64,000 nucleotides of DNA from an uncultured Chromatiaceae bacterium (GTDB taxonomy: Bacteria > Pseudomonadota > Gammaproteobacteria > Chromatiales > Chromatiaceae). Below the pieces are notes generated by a model. That model was given only the letters and a program-made list of their open reading frames with translations. It made no database searches and was not told the DNA's origin. The DNA lies in the NCBI GenBank assembly GCA_937923175.1, contig CALALB010000039.1:4963-68962 (forward strand), given 5' to 3'. This document shows, piece by piece, positions 9,831 to 21,174 of this stretch. Position 1 is the stretch's first letter; every line of letters starts with the position of its first letter. A program made the position numbers and the translations under genes.

Positions 9831-11216
9831 ATGAATAATCCTGATAACTCCGCGGTCTTGATCGATCCCAAGGCCTTGCTCAATTCATTGCACGCTGGGG
9901 TGGTGGTGCATGGCCCGGATACCCGGATCCTTTATGCCAACCCGCGCGCCTTGGAGATCCTGCGTCTAACCCTCGATCAGGCCTTTGGTAAGGATGCCTT
10001 TGATCCGGGCTGGCGATTTGTCGACGAACACCGGCAGGTATTGGCCCCTGAGGAATATCCAGTCAATCGGGTGTTGGCGAGCGGGCAGCCGATTACCAAC
10101 CAAGTTGGCGGGATCATGGATGGTTCTTCTAATCAGGTCACCTGGGTCTTGGTCAATGCCTATCCCGAACGCGATGAAGAGGGGACCCTGACCAGGGTCG
10201 TGGTCACCTTCATCGATATCACCAGTGAAAAGCGGGATATCCCTTTCGAGCAGATCATTGCCCATGCCCGGGATGCGGTGGTTGTCACCGAGGCTCACCC
10301 TTTGAACGGCGAGGGTCCAAGGATCGTCTATGTCAACGCTGCCTTTACCGATCTCAGCGGCTATACGGCAGAGGAGGTGATCGGACGCTCGCCGCGTCTT
10401 CTCCAAGGCCCCAATACCGACCCGGAGACCTGCAGACGCATCGGGCAAGCGTTGCGCAATCATAGTCCGATCCGCGAGCAACTGATCAACTATACCAAGG
10501 ACGGTCGGGAATACTGGGTCGATCTCAATATCTTCCCTTTGCACAATCGCCGAGGCGAGGTGAACTATTTTGCCGCCATCGAGCGCGACATTACCGTCCA
10601 AAAGCTTAGGGAGCATACCCTCATTGCCCAGGCGATCACAGATCCTCTCACTGGCCTTCTAAACCGCCGGGGTTTCTTAGAGGGGGCTCAGGAGATATAC
10701 CATGCCTGGCGAGATCATCAGGTCGTGGCGCTGGCCATGATCGATATCGATTTTTTCAAGCAGATCAATGACCACTATGGCCATCCGCTCGGCGATCAGG
10801 TTTTGATCCATCTCGCCCAACTGCTGCGCACCTCATTTCGCAAAAGCGATGTGATCGGCCGGTTTGGCGGGGAGGAGTTCGCAGTCTTTTTGCCAGGCGC
10901 AAGCCTCGAACATGCCAAGCTCCTGATGGATAATTTTCGGCAACGTCTGGCCTCTACGCCCTGCCAATTGTCCGATGGCCAAAGTCTGGGGATCACCGTG
11001 AGCATTGGGATCGCCGGCGCGCCTGGGTCTCAGCTCAGTCTGACCCAACTGATCAAGATCGCCGATCGGTCGCTGTATATGGCCAAACACTCCGGGCGTA
11101 ATTGTGTGCGCATCGCTGAGTCTGCCGCTGGCGACCTCTCATTGAGTGCCAGGCTGTCAAGCAGTGACCCGGGGCAAGTCGAGTCGAGGGATCGAGCGGG
11201 GTTTCAAGGCAGCTAA
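9831..11216 (+). CDS. PAS-PAS-GGDEF diguanylate cyclase
   Basis: Two PAS-like segments followed by RFGGEEFAVFLPG (GGEEF active site) and a DxLTGLLNRRGF entry motif. Confidence 0.85.
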   Translation: MNNPDNSAVLIDPKALLNSLHAGVVVHGPDTRILYANPRALEILRLTLDQAFGKDAFDPGWRFVDEHRQVLAPEEYPVNRVLASGQPITNQVGGIMDGSSNQVTWVLVNAYPERDEEGTLTRVVVTFIDITSEKRDIPFEQIIAHARDAVVVTEAHPLNGEGPRIVYVNAAFTDLSGYTAEEVIGRSPRLLQGPNTDPETCRRIGQALRNHSPIREQLINYTKDGREYWVDLNIFPLHNRRGEVNYFAAIERDITVQKLREHTLIAQAITDPLTGLLNRRGFLEGAQEIYHAWRDHQVVALAMIDIDFFKQINDHYGHPLGDQVLIHLAQLLRTSFRKSDVIGRFGGEEFAVFLPGASLEHAKLLMDNFRQRLASTPCQLSDGQSLGITVSIGIAGAPGSQLSLTQLIKIADRSLYMAKHSGRNCVRIAESAAGDLSLSARLSSSDPGQVESRDRAGFQGS

Positions 11217-11484
11217 TCGGCCTTCCGCCATGGCCATCAGACTGGGCATGCCTGGGAAAATTGGCAACCCCCTTTGCAGGTCTAGACGAGTCTTTGAATC
11301 CATGCCCTGACCCCAAAGGGGTTAACGATGAATGGACTGGCCCCCGGCTTGCGCCGGGGTGAGGGGATCAGAGCGGACCAGTACGCTCCAGGGCTTTGGA
11401 TTTTTCCTGGTGCGCAGACCCAGCTGCGGTTGGGCTATTGACGGAAGGCTGGATCAAGACTACACCCACTGATCCAGGACGGAC

Positions 11485-11576
<92 letters not shown>

Positions 11577-11753
11577 AGGGCGAAGGTCAATGGGTGGGCT
11601 AGTCTAATCGCGGGCGTATTCATTGTCCAGGGTAAGGTCAGCTGGAACTCGGCATGGGACCTCTAAGGACGAGCCAGGACCTTCCGCTTGGGACTGCTCG
11701 AGGGGTCCAAATGCCAAGCCCAGCTGAATAATAGACCCGCGGGACGAGGGGCC

Positions 11754-13166
11754 TTAACCGTTGATCCAGAAATGGACTGCGATACTTGCCAAAAAGCCCA
11801 GGGCAATCGCGGGTGTCCATTGGAAATGGCCGAAAAAGGTATAGATCCCTCGCGTCTGGCCCATCAGGGCAACCCCTGCTGCCGAGCCAATCGAGAGCAG
11901 CGAGCCGCCTACCCCCGCCGTTAGGGTTACTAGTAGCCACTGGGTCTGATTCATGTCGGGCATCATGGTCAGCACCGCATACATGATCGGGATGTTATCG
12001 ACCACTGCCGAGAGCAGGCCGACGGCGACATTGGCCAAGGTGGGTCCCCATTGCTGATAGATCACCTCAGAGACCAGGGCCAGATAACCGATCTGGCCCA
12101 GCCCCCCGACACAGAGGATCACCCCATAGAAAAACAGCAGTGTATCCCATTCGACCCGCGCTACCTTATTGAAGACATCAAAAGGGGTCATATCGCCGAC
12201 CTGGAGCGCGCGGTCTTCGTTGAGGCTTTGCCAACGCGCATGGGTCTTGCGCAGATAGTAGCCAAAGATCTGCAGATAACCAAGGCCGGTGAGCATCCCG
12301 ATGACCGGCGGCAGATGCAGGAAATGATGGATGCTGACGGCGGTGACTATGGTCAAGAGAAATAACCCCATGATGCGCCGGGCCCCGCGTTTCATATAAA
12401 CACCGTCTTCTTGGGCAGCTGGTTTGAACCTGGGCACGGCGAAGCTCATCAGGATCGCTGGGACCAGATAATTGACTGCTGAAGGGATAAAGAGCTTAAA
12501 GAAGCCAAAAAAGTCGACCACCTCCTTCTGCCAGACCATGAGGGTAGTGATATCGCCGAAGGGGCTAAAGGCACCGCCGGCATTGGCAGCAACCACGATG
12601 TTGATACAGGCCAGGCTGATGAACAGCCGATTATCGCCGCCGACCGCCATCACCACTGCGCACATCAGCAAGGCCGTGGTCAGATTGTCGGCAAACGGCG
12701 AGATAAAGAATGCCAAGGTCCCGGTCATCCAGAACAGGGTGCGAAAGCCGAAACCCCGCCGGATGAGCCAGGCGCGCAACGTCTCGAAGACGCCGCGCTC
12801 TTCAAGGGCATTGATATAGGTCATGGCGACCAGAAGAAAGAGCATGAGCTCGGCATATTCGAGCAGAGTATGGCGCACCGACTCACCGGCAATCTCGGGT
12901 TGACCCTGTTGGACATAGGCATAGGCGATCAGACACCAGATAAGCCCGGCTGCAATGACCACGGGTTTGGATTTACGCAAATGGAGAAATTCCTCCAAGA
13001 TGACCAAGACATAGGCGATGACAAAGATTAAGAGCACTAGATAGCCGATGGTGTGATCGGTCAGGTCGATGGTCGGATGATCGGGCGCCCCGCCACCAAA
13101 GGCCAGGGCTAGACCAGGAAGTAACAGGACGAGCAAGCCGATGAGTAGGGTTTGAGCAGGCGGCAT
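11754..13166 (-). CDS. nhaD: NhaD-family Na+/H+ antiporter
   Basis: 470-aa polytopic protein with FFISPFADNLTTALLM and LLSAVVDNIPIMYAVL motifs (ArsB/NhaD permease fold). Confidence 0.8.
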   Translation of the reverse strand: MPPAQTLLIGLLVLLLPGLALAFGGGAPDHPTIDLTDHTIGYLVLLIFVIAYVLVILEEFLHLRKSKPVVIAAGLIWCLIAYAYVQQGQPEIAGESVRHTLLEYAELMLFLLVAMTYINALEERGVFETLRAWLIRRGFGFRTLFWMTGTLAFFISPFADNLTTALLMCAVVMAVGGDNRLFISLACINIVVAANAGGAFSPFGDITTLMVWQKEVVDFFGFFKLFIPSAVNYLVPAILMSFAVPRFKPAAQEDGVYMKRGARRIMGLFLLTIVTAVSIHHFLHLPPVIGMLTGLGYLQIFGYYLRKTHARWQSLNEDRALQVGDMTPFDVFNKVARVEWDTLLFFYGVILCVGGLGQIGYLALVSEVIYQQWGPTLANVAVGLLSAVVDNIPIMYAVLTMMPDMNQTQWLLVTLTAGVGGSLLSIGSAAGVALMGQTRGIYTFFGHFQWTPAIALGFLASIAVHFWING

Positions 13167-13217
13167 GGAACGGGATTCTCCTTAGATTCAAGAAACATAG
13201 GGTTTTGGGGAGTCCTC

Positions 13218-13271
13218 TATTAAAATCGGGCACCTAGGGAGCGGTATTAAAATCGGGCACCTAGGGAGCGG
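13218..13271. repeat. perfect 27-bp tandem duplication (2 copies) in the nhaD upstream region
   Basis: TATTAAAATCGGGCACCTAGGGAGCGG occurs at 13218-13244 and again at 13245-13271, 52 nt upstream of the nhaD ATG. Confidence 0.9.
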
Positions 13272-13366
13272 GGTTTAGCCCAGGGTTGTCCAGCTAGCCA
13301 ATCGGTCAAGACTGGGGGGTCATCCAGCCGCCTCGGCTAAGCGATTGGGGATGTATCCGCGTTCAC

Positions 13367-14119
13367 TCACCGACCTGTCTGCCCAGGCAGGCGCCGATAG
13401 ATCAGATCGCGCACCGGATGACCCAGGCGTTCTCCGCGCTGCTCGAATCGGGTCAAAGGGCGATGGGCGGGGCGGGGCGCATATTGTCCTGGTCCAGCAG
13501 TGTTCACAAACCAATCTCTGGCATCCTCGAGCAGTTCGAGCATCTGCTCGGCGTAAGGGGGCCAATCGGTTGCGGCATGGAAGATTCCGCCGGGACGGAT
13601 GACCCGCGCCAACAGTTCAATCAGCTCGCTATTCAGGATCCGGCGTTTGTGGTGCCGCCTTTTCGGCCAGGGGTCGGGAAAGAAGAGCTGGACCGCATCC
13701 AGTGCCCCCGGCGAGAGGCCGGTTCGCAGCACTTCGACGGCATCCTGGCGCAGCACGCGCAGGTTGGTTAGGCCCCGCCGTTCAATCTCGAGCAACAGGT
13801 GCCCGATACCCGGCCGATGGACCTCAATCCCCAGCCAGTTACGTCCTGGGTCCTGCTCGGCCATGGTGGCCAAGGATTGGCCATTGCCGAAGCCGATCTC
13901 GAGCACCACAGGTCGATCGTTGCCGAACAGGGCGGGAAGATCAAGCGCCTCACCGGGCACCCAGTCGATCCCAAAGCGCGGCCACAGGGTCGCCAGGGCG
14001 CGCGCCTGGGCTGCAGTCAGCCGCCCTTCGCGCAGGACGAAGCTGCGGATTGGGCGACACCCAGGTACCGGGCGGGGGGTTGGTTTTGGCCCGTCGCTGA
14101 AACCGGATCCGGTACTCAA
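13367..14119 (-). CDS. trmB: tRNA (guanine-N7)-methyltransferase
   Basis: [17 protein letters not shown]...[12 protein letters not shown]...[15 protein letters not shown] motifs. The 306-aa ORF would overlap thiG by 170 nt. The TTG at 14119 overlaps the thiG stop (TTTTGA) and gives a 250-aa product, close to the ~240-aa length I recall for TrmB. Confidence 0.8.
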   Translation of the reverse strand: MSTGSGFSDGPKPTPRPVPGCRPIRSFVLREGRLTAAQARALATLWPRFGIDWVPGEALDLPALFGNDRPVVLEIGFGNGQSLATMAEQDPGRNWLGIEVHRPGIGHLLLEIERRGLTNLRVLRQDAVEVLRTGLSPGALDAVQLFFPDPWPKRRHHKRRILNSELIELLARVIRPGGIFHAATDWPPYAEQMLELLEDARDWFVNTAGPGQYAPRPAHRPLTRFEQRGERLGHPVRDLIYRRLPGQTGR

Positions 14120-14907
14120 AAGAATAAACCCTCGAGCGGCGAGGAGGCCGAGGCAAAGCGCTTGGGCGGCATGCGCCCAGCCAAGAACGCCTCGCGACCG
14201 GCTTCCACCGCCTTGCGCATGGCGCTGGCCATCAACACCGGGTTTTTGGCTGCGGCGATGGCAGTATTCATCAGCACCCCATCGCACCCGAGCTCCATCG
14301 CTTGGGCGGCATGTGAGGCCGTGCCAACCCCGGCATCGACCAGGATCGGCACCTTGGCGTTTTCAACGATGGTCAGGATATTGAGCGGATTGCGGATACC
14401 CAACCCAGATCCGATGGGTGCCGCCAGCGGCATCACCGCCACACAACCGATGGCCTCGAGCTCGCGGGCGACCACTGGGTCGTCGTTCGTATAGACCATG
14501 ACTGCGAAGCCTTCCTTAACAAGGATCTCGGCGGCCTTGAGGGTCTCGACGACATTGGGGAATAGGGTCTTTTCGTCCCCTAGAACCTCGAGCTTGACGA
14601 GGTTATGGCCATCTAGAAGCTCGCGCGCTAGCCGACAGGTGCGCACCGCGGTCTCGACATCGTAGCAGCCCGCAGTATTCGGCAGGATGGTATAGCGGTC
14701 GGGGGAGAGGACATCGAGTATGTTAGGCTCATCGGGGTTTTGGCCGAGGTTGGTCCGGCGTACGGCGACAGTCACGATCTCGGCGCCGCTGGCCTCGATG
14801 GCACGCGCAGTCTCATCGAGGTCTTTGTATTTACCTGTGCCAACGAGCAGGCGCGACCGATAGGCCTTACCGGCGATGATCAGCGGATCTGAAGGCGGTG
14901 TAGACAT
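14116..14907 (-). CDS. thiG: thiazole synthase
   Basis: Strong ThiG-like sequence (LLVGTGKY...TILPNTAGC...[11 protein letters not shown]). The ORF opens at TTG 14919; the first ATG is at 14907. Confidence 0.93.
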   Translation of the reverse strand: MSTPPSDPLIIAGKAYRSRLLVGTGKYKDLDETARAIEASGAEIVTVAVRRTNLGQNPDEPNILDVLSPDRYTILPNTAGCYDVETAVRTCRLARELLDGHNLVKLEVLGDEKTLFPNVVETLKAAEILVKEGFAVMVYTNDDPVVARELEAIGCVAVMPLAAPIGSGLGIRNPLNILTIVENAKVPILVDAGVGTASHAAQAMELGCDGVLMNTAIAAAKNPVLMASAMRKAVEAGREAFLAGRMPPKRFASASSPLEGLFF

Positions 14908-14970
14908 GGATTGACTCAACTCGGAATGCTGGGCAAACGGGGAACGGTAGATCGATCACTGTCTCTGGGT

Positions 14971-15171
14971 CTAACCGCCGCCAACGGCCTGAATGATCTC
15001 GACCTTATCGCCAGCGGCAAGCCGATGCTCGGCAAACTGGCTGCGCGGCACCAAGACCGCATTGATCTCGATGGCGATGCGCCGCCCAGTGAGCCCTAAT
15101 GATTGGACGAGATCCACGAGGCGGGTCCCCTCGTCGATCTCGCGCGGTGTTCCATTCAGAATGATCTGCAT
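14971..15171 (-). CDS. thiS: sulfur carrier protein ThiS
   Basis: 66 aa from ATG 15171 (MQIILNGTPREI...) ending in the ThiS-type C-terminal GGG. It lies directly upstream of thiG. Confidence 0.85.
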   Translation of the reverse strand: MQIILNGTPREIDEGTRLVDLVQSLGLTGRRIAIEINAVLVPRSQFAEHRLAAGDKVEIIQAVGGG

Positions 15172-15210
15172 CGTCCCTCGATCCTCGGGTTTACCAATAT
15201 GCTCTCTCAT

Positions 15211-16482
15211 TCAGCGGACCTGACTGGCCTCCTGGCCTAGCATCTCAGGGGTCACCAGGGTCACCCCGCCCTCGCTGACATAGAAACCGGCACGCCGATC
15301 GACCTCTGGATCGACCCCGATCTGCATCCGGGGCGGGATATGGCAAAAACGGTCGATGACCGATTTGCGGATGATACAATGACGCCCGATCCCCACGTCC
15401 GGCAGGATGACCGAATCTATCACCTGGGCATAGGAGTTGACCCGGACGTTGGAAAAGAGCAGCGAGTGACGCACCGTCGCGCCCGAGATGATACAGCCGC
15501 CCGAGACCATCGAATCGACCGCCATGCCGCGCCGATCCTCGTCATCGAACACAAACTTGGCCGGCGGTAGTTGCTCCTGATAGGTCCAGATCGGCCATTT
15601 GGCATCATATAGATTGAGAGGCGGCGTAACCCCAATCAGCTCTAGATTGGCCTCCCAGAAGGCATCGACCGTCCCGACATCTCGCCAATAGGCCTGGCCG
15701 CCGCTGCGCGGGTCACGAAAGCGGTAGGCCATCACCCGGTATCTTTTGATGACCTCAGGGATAACATCCTTACCGAAATCATGGCTCGAGCCCGGGGTAT
15801 GGGCATCTCTGGATAGCTGTTCAAACAAAAAGTCGCGGTTGAATACATAGATCCCCATCGAGGCCAGGCAGTAGCCGGGTTGATCGGGAAGGGTCTCGGG
15901 ATGCTCCGGTTTTTCAACGAAGCGATGCACCCGGCCCTCCGGGTCGGTCGCCAGGATACCGAATGCCGAGGCACGCTCAGCCTCGACCTCGAGACAGGCG
16001 ATGGTCAGATCGGCGCTGCTTTCGACATGATGAGCGATCATGGTCCCATAATCCATCTTGTAGACATGATCGCCAGCCAGGATCAGGACATAGTCGGGAT
16101 CATGGTCGCGGATGATATCGAGATTCTGAAACACGGCGTCGGCGGTCCCGGCATACCACGCGGTTTCGGCAACGCGCTGCTGGGCTGGCCAGAGCTCCAC
16201 GAACTCGCCAAACTCGCCGCGCAGGAATCCCCAACCCTTTTGGATATGCAGGATCAACGAATGGGCCTTGTACTGAGTGAGCACCCCAATCCGGCGGATG
16301 CCGGAATTGATGCAGTTGGAGAGCGGAAAATCGATGATGCGAAACTTGCCGCCGAAAGGGACAGCAGGCTTGGCGCGCCAGGCGGTGAGATGTTTAAGTC
16401 TCGATCCGCGCCCGCCCGCGAGGATCAGCGCCAGGGTATTGCGCGTCAGTCGGCTGACGAACCTTGGACTGGCGTAGGGCAT
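15211..16482 (-). CDS. glgC: glucose-1-phosphate adenylyltransferase
   Basis: [46 protein letters not shown] 16482 is preceded by aggag; the upstream 25 codons of the ORF are unlikely to be translated. Confidence 0.9.
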   Translation of the reverse strand: MPYASPRFVSRLTRNTLALILAGGRGSRLKHLTAWRAKPAVPFGGKFRIIDFPLSNCINSGIRRIGVLTQYKAHSLILHIQKGWGFLRGEFGEFVELWPAQQRVAETAWYAGTADAVFQNLDIIRDHDPDYVLILAGDHVYKMDYGTMIAHHVESSADLTIACLEVEAERASAFGILATDPEGRVHRFVEKPEHPETLPDQPGYCLASMGIYVFNRDFLFEQLSRDAHTPGSSHDFGKDVIPEVIKRYRVMAYRFRDPRSGGQAYWRDVGTVDAFWEANLELIGVTPPLNLYDAKWPIWTYQEQLPPAKFVFDDEDRRGMAVDSMVSGGCIISGATVRHSLLFSNVRVNSYAQVIDSVILPDVGIGRHCIIRKSVIDRFCHIPPRMQIGVDPEVDRRAGFYVSEGGVTLVTPEMLGQEASQVR

Positions 16483-16582
16483 GGCTGGCTCCTGGGTCTC
16501 AATAGAGAACGCGGGATTTGACCAAACAGCACTATGATACCATTTAGCGCGGTCCATCTAATCCCAGAGGCAGCATAGAGAC

Positions 16583-18904
16583 ATGGTCAATGCGACGACA
16601 GGCCCAGCCAAGCTTCCCGAACCCCTGATGCGGATCATCGAGGCGCGTCATCATGACCCCTTTGAGGTTTTGGGTCGCCATGAGACGGATGGCCGTGTCA
16701 TCGTCCGCGTCTTTTTGCCGCTCGCCGAACAGGTGCGGTTAGTCGAGGCCGATGCCTGGATGCAGCGCATCGAGGGTACGGACCTCTTTGTCTGGGAGGG
16801 CGAGGCAACGGCCCTGCCCAGGCGCTACCAGATCGAATGGGTCGATGGAGCCGGGAGCACACATCTCCACTATGACCCCTATTGTTTCCCGCCCCTGATC
16901 GGGGACCTCGATCTGCATCTCTTTGGCGAGGGCCGGCATTGGCATATTTATCAGATCCTGGGCTCGCATCTCGCCGAGGTCGAGGGTATCCCTGGGGTGC
17001 GTTTCGCGGTCTGGGCACCCAATGCTGAGCGGGTGAGCGTGGTCGGCGATTTCAATGCCTGGGATGGTCGGACCAATCCGATGCGGGTGCGCGGCACTTC
17101 TGGGGTCTGGGAGCTATTCATCCCTGGTCTTAATCCAGGCGGCTATTACAAATACGAACTCCGCGATCGCTTCACCCATATCCATCTCAAGATCGATCCT
17201 TACGCCCAGGCCTTTCAGGAACGCCCGCATACGGCCGGCCTGATCGCCATGGATAGCGATTATCGATGGGGGGATGCTGAATGGATCGAGAGACGGGCCA
17301 AGGCCAATTGGCAGCGCTACCCCATGTCGATCTATGAGGTCCATCTCGGGTCCTGGCGACGCGCCCCCAATGGCGGTTTTCTCGACTATCGCACCCTGGC
17401 CCATGAGCTTGCCGACTATGTCAAGCGCATGGGCTTTACCCATGTCGAGCTGATGCCGGTGACCGAGCATCCCCTCGATGCCTCCTGGGGCTATCAATGT
17501 ACTGGCTATTATGCGCCGACCTCCCGGTTTGGGACGCCAGATGACTTTCGCTATTTCGTCGACTATCTCCACCAGCAGGGGATCGGTGTCCTACTCGACT
17601 GGGTGCCGGCGCATTTTCCCAAGGATGCCTATGCCTTGGCCCGTTTCGACGGCACGGCGCTCTATGAGCACGAGGATCCCCGGCTTGGTGAACACAAGGA
17701 TTGGGGAACACTGATCTTCAATTTTGGGCGCAATGAGGTCAAAAACTTTCTACTGGCCAGCGCGCTTTATTGGCTGGAGGAGTTTCATATAGATGGATTG
17801 CGCGTCGATGCCGTTGCCTCGATGCTTTATCTCGATTATTCGCGCGCTGCCGGCGAATGGATCCCCAATAAATATGGCGGCAATGAAAACCTCGAGGCCG
17901 TGGATTTCTTGCGCGAGCTCAATACCCTTACCCATGAGCGGTTCCCGGGTACTCTGATGATCGCCGAGGAATCGACCGCCTGGCCGGCGGTCTCGCGGCC
18001 GACCTATCTGGGGGGCTTAGGGTTTAGCATGAAATGGAATATGGGCTGGATGCATGACACCCTGGCCTATATGCAAAAGGATCCGATCTATCGCCATTTT
18101 CATCATGATCTACTGACCTTTGGTCTGCTGTATGCCTTTAGCGAGAACTTTGTCCTGCCCTTTTCGCATGACGAGGTGGTCCATGGCAAAAAGTCGCTTC
18201 TCGACAAGATGCCGGGTGATCCCTGGCAGCGCTTTGCCAGCGTGCGTCTGCTTTATACATATATGTTTGCCTATCCAGGCAAAAAGCTTTTGTTTATGGG
18301 TTGTGAGTTTGCTCAGGGTCGCGAGTGGAATTTCGCCGGTGAACTCGATTGGGATCTTTTAGAGCGGCCTCAGCATCAGGGGGTCCAGCGTCTAGTCGCT
18401 GATCTCAATCGGCTCTATGTCGAGCTTCCTGCCTTGCATGAGGTCGATTTTGAGGCTGCCGGCTTTGAATGGATCGATTGTCATGACAGCTCGCAATCGG
18501 TGTTGAGCTTTTTGCGCAAGGATCAGTCAGGCAAACGCTGGGTGGCAGCGATCTTTAATTTCACGCCGGTCCCGCGCACCAATTATCGAATCGGCGTGCC
18601 TGTGCCCGGCTTTTATCGCGAAGCGATCAATTCAGACTCAGAGGTCTATGGCGGGAGCAATGTCGGCAACCAGGGCGGGGTCACCGCTGAACCTGTCAGT
18701 TGGATGGGCCGGCCTTATTCGCTGCGCATCGCCCTGCCACCCTTAGCGGGGCTGATCCTGGTCCATGAATCCCCGGCAGAGACCATCGCTACCCCCGTGG
18801 CCGACACCTCCTCAGAGGAGAAGACCGATGCCAGCCCGGCGGGGACTCAGGCCGAGGCCTATCCCAGTCAGGGGCCTGAGTCGGATGTCGATCGATCGTC
18901 ATGA
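16583..18904 (+). CDS. glgB: 1,4-alpha-glucan branching enzyme
   Basis: 773 aa with GH13 branching-enzyme motifs ([46 protein letters not shown]). Divergent from glgC. Confidence 0.95.
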   Translation: MVNATTGPAKLPEPLMRIIEARHHDPFEVLGRHETDGRVIVRVFLPLAEQVRLVEADAWMQRIEGTDLFVWEGEATALPRRYQIEWVDGAGSTHLHYDPYCFPPLIGDLDLHLFGEGRHWHIYQILGSHLAEVEGIPGVRFAVWAPNAERVSVVGDFNAWDGRTNPMRVRGTSGVWELFIPGLNPGGYYKYELRDRFTHIHLKIDPYAQAFQERPHTAGLIAMDSDYRWGDAEWIERRAKANWQRYPMSIYEVHLGSWRRAPNGGFLDYRTLAHELADYVKRMGFTHVELMPVTEHPLDASWGYQCTGYYAPTSRFGTPDDFRYFVDYLHQQGIGVLLDWVPAHFPKDAYALARFDGTALYEHEDPRLGEHKDWGTLIFNFGRNEVKNFLLASALYWLEEFHIDGLRVDAVASMLYLDYSRAAGEWIPNKYGGNENLEAVDFLRELNTLTHERFPGTLMIAEESTAWPAVSRPTYLGGLGFSMKWNMGWMHDTLAYMQKDPIYRHFHHDLLTFGLLYAFSENFVLPFSHDEVVHGKKSLLDKMPGDPWQRFASVRLLYTYMFAYPGKKLLFMGCEFAQGREWNFAGELDWDLLERPQHQGVQRLVADLNRLYVELPALHEVDFEAAGFEWIDCHDSSQSVLSFLRKDQSGKRWVAAIFNFTPVPRTNYRIGVPVPGFYREAINSDSEVYGGSNVGNQGGVTAEPVSWMGRPYSLRIALPPLAGLILVHESPAETIATPVADTSSEEKTDASPAGTQAEAYPSQGPESDVDRSS

Positions 18905-19060
18905 GCCGTTTTGCAATACCTAAGGCAAATCCAACCATGACTGGCCAAGGCTGCTGCCTGCTTCCTGTCTCTGCCGCAAGGCAACAGCCAGCGCCTGTCT
19001 CTCCCCAGGCCTGGCCCGGCGGAACTCGCCGTAGGGCCGCCTCGGGCGGTCATCCATGGT

Positions 19061-19366
19061 TCACCAGGTTCCTTGCCGCATCCACCTCAAGATCCTGGTC
19101 TGTGCCCCAAACCGGACAAGTCCAAACATATGCCGATACGGCAGGGTTTCCAGTTGATGCCCAAAGGCCAACAGGTCTTGCTGCTGGCAAGGAAGCGCTC
19201 CGCAACCACGAGTTGCCCGTCGTGCTGGCGCCTTGAGAGGCGATCGCTGTCTGTTGGTCACCGGAATCAGTCGCCCTGCGCGCTCCCGACGCTGGAGGGT
19301 CTTGACCGATACGCCAAGCAGCCTTCGCGATTTATGAAGTGCTAGGGCTTGGATCCTTAGAGCCAA
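19061..19366 (-). pseudogene. remnant of an IS607-type serine-recombinase transposase (MerR-like HTH, N-terminal part only)
   Basis: LHKSRRLLGVSVKTLQRRERAGRLIPV resembles the aa.LLGVS.kTLrRWdreGkL.PvRtpgG.RRY HTH of IS607 TnpA and excisionase-type proteins. The following ALPCQQQDLLAFGHQLETL looks like a decayed YARVSS..QK.DLERQ..L catalytic segment without the Ser. Nothing recombinase-like follows. Confidence 0.35.
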
Positions 19367-21174
19367 TCGAGCGGATCCTCATCCGGCGTAGGCCGCAGAC
19401 CTGGCTGGGCGATGAAGATGCGATACCAGATGGCGAATTGCATCAGCCCAAACAGCTCGCGGCTGCCCCCGCGCCCTGCTCGCCGGGCGGCGACCAGTTC
19501 GGGGATGACCTCGACCCGAAACCATTCCCGGATGCCGGGGTTTGCCAGCAGGCGACGCCCGACCGCCTCGGCCCGCTCGCCGCTTAACCAGTCGCCAATG
19601 GGCACATGAAAACCGCGTTTGGGCCGATCGAGATAGCCGGCCGGCAGGCGTCCCTCAGCCCAGCATCGCAGCAGCCATTTGCTGCGATGATCCCTGACCT
19701 TGAGACGATCGGGTAGCGCCAGCCCGAATTCGACCAGCCGATGATCGAGAAAGGGCACCCGACCCTCCAGACCAAAACCCATCAGCATCCGGTCGGTCTT
19801 GACCAGCAGATTATCGGGTAGGGCCGTCACCAGATCGGTATATTGCCGGCGTTGGAGATCCGACCAGTGCGGTGGCGTCGCCCGCCAGGCCTCCACGACC
19901 GGGGCGCGCTCGCTGGGGGCCGCCGCCTGTAACGCCGGTCCCATCAGCCGCTTGACCCAGTATCTGGACCATTGACCGCGGGTGCGAAATCCACCGCTGC
20001 CAGGTGCCAGCAGGCCCTTGAGCAGGCGCTCGATCCAGCCGGGGCGATAGCGTCCGTAGCCGGCAAAGACCTCATCCCCCCCCTCGCCCGTAAAGACCAC
20101 CTTGAGTTCGGCGGCTGCGGTCTCGGCCAGGATGGAGGTCGGCAGGCAGGCATAGTCGCGCATCAGCTCATCGGCGCACCAGACTGTATAGGGTAAACGT
20201 CGGAAGACCCGCGGGAGATCCAATGCCAAGGCATGGTGCGTAAAACCAAAATGGGTGGCGATCCGCTCGGCCTCGCCCAGCTCATGCGCCATCCGTGTCC
20301 CCCGATAGCCCACTGAATAGGTTTTGATCCGCCCTGCGCCCTGTTCGGCGAGCTTGGCCGCCAGGACCGCTGAATCCAGACCACCGGAGAGAAACAGACC
20401 GAAGGGCACATCGCTACGCTGGTGCTCGCGCATGCTGATCTCGAGCAGGCGATCGAGCTCGGCCAGGGCCTCCTCAGGATCGATGCGACGCGGCTGGATG
20501 GCTAGCGCTGACCAATAGCGCTGCCTGCGGATGGTGAGCGCGCTGTCGATCACCAGCACTGTCCCGGGGGGAACGCGTCGGATGCCGGCGATCAGGGTCT
20601 TCTCCCCCCCAGCGAACTGGTTTTGCAGAAACTGACGCAGCGCGCCTGCCTGGATCTGAGGCCTGTGATCCAGGAGCGGGAGCAGGGCCTTGAGCTCAGA
20701 GGCGAAGGCGATGCGATCGGGTAGGCGGATATAAAACAGCGGTTTGATCCCCAGCCGATCGCGCCCCAGGATCAGCCGGTCAGTGCGTCCATCATAGAGG
20801 GCAAAGGCATACATGCCATGGAGCCGTTCCCATGCGCTCAGGCCCCAGGCGGCATAGGCGTTTAGGATGGTCTCTGAATCAGAGGCGGTTTGCGGATGGA
20901 TACCCTGGGTGCGCAGTTCGGCATTGAGCTCAACATAGTTATAGATCTCGCCATTGGCCACCAGGACCAATTGGCCATCCGCCGAGACAAGCGGCTGATG
21001 ACCGCTGTCAAGCCCGATGATGGCCAGGCGAGTCTGGACGAGACCCAGGGGTCCCTGCCGATAGCTCCCGCGATCGTCCGGGCCGCGATGCCGGAGCTGC
21101 TCGACCATCTGCTCCAGCAGTCCGGGTTCAGGTCGTACCCCCGATCGACACAGACAGCCAGCGATTCCGCACAT
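19357..21174 (-). CDS. asnB: asparagine synthase (glutamine-hydrolysing), AsnB family amidotransferase
   Basis: N-terminal MCGIAG nucleophile motif and SGGLDS PP-loop; 605 aa. Its start shares one base with the pyrD stop (TGATG at 21174). Confidence 0.85.
   Translation of the reverse strand: MCGIAGCLCRSGVRPEPGLLEQMVEQLRHRGPDDRGSYRQGPLGLVQTRLAIIGLDSGHQPLVSADGQLVLVANGEIYNYVELNAELRTQGIHPQTASDSETILNAYAAWGLSAWERLHGMYAFALYDGRTDRLILGRDRLGIKPLFYIRLPDRIAFASELKALLPLLDHRPQIQAGALRQFLQNQFAGGEKTLIAGIRRVPPGTVLVIDSALTIRRQRYWSALAIQPRRIDPEEALAELDRLLEISMREHQRSDVPFGLFLSGGLDSAVLAAKLAEQGAGRIKTYSVGYRGTRMAHELGEAERIATHFGFTHHALALDLPRVFRRLPYTVWCADELMRDYACLPTSILAETAAAELKVVFTGEGGDEVFAGYGRYRPGWIERLLKGLLAPGSGGFRTRGQWSRYWVKRLMGPALQAAAPSERAPVVEAWRATPPHWSDLQRRQYTDLVTALPDNLLVKTDRMLMGFGLEGRVPFLDHRLVEFGLALPDRLKVRDHRSKWLLRCWAEGRLPAGYLDRPKRGFHVPIGDWLSGERAEAVGRRLLANPGIREWFRVEVIPELVAARRAGRGGSRELFGLMQFAIWYRIFIAQPGLRPTPDEDPLDWL

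Noticed and set aside
11262-11278. Sigma54-like TGGCA...TTGCA motif downstream of the GGDEF gene.
   Set aside because: The GG-to-GC spacing is 11 nt rather than 10. No plus-strand gene follows, since tRNA-Ser and nhaD are on the other strand.
15172-15210. Looked for a TPP riboswitch upstream of thiS-thiG.
   Set aside because: Only 39 nt separate the glgC stop from the thiS start, which is no room for a THI element. The genes are presumably transcribed from within or upstream of glgC.
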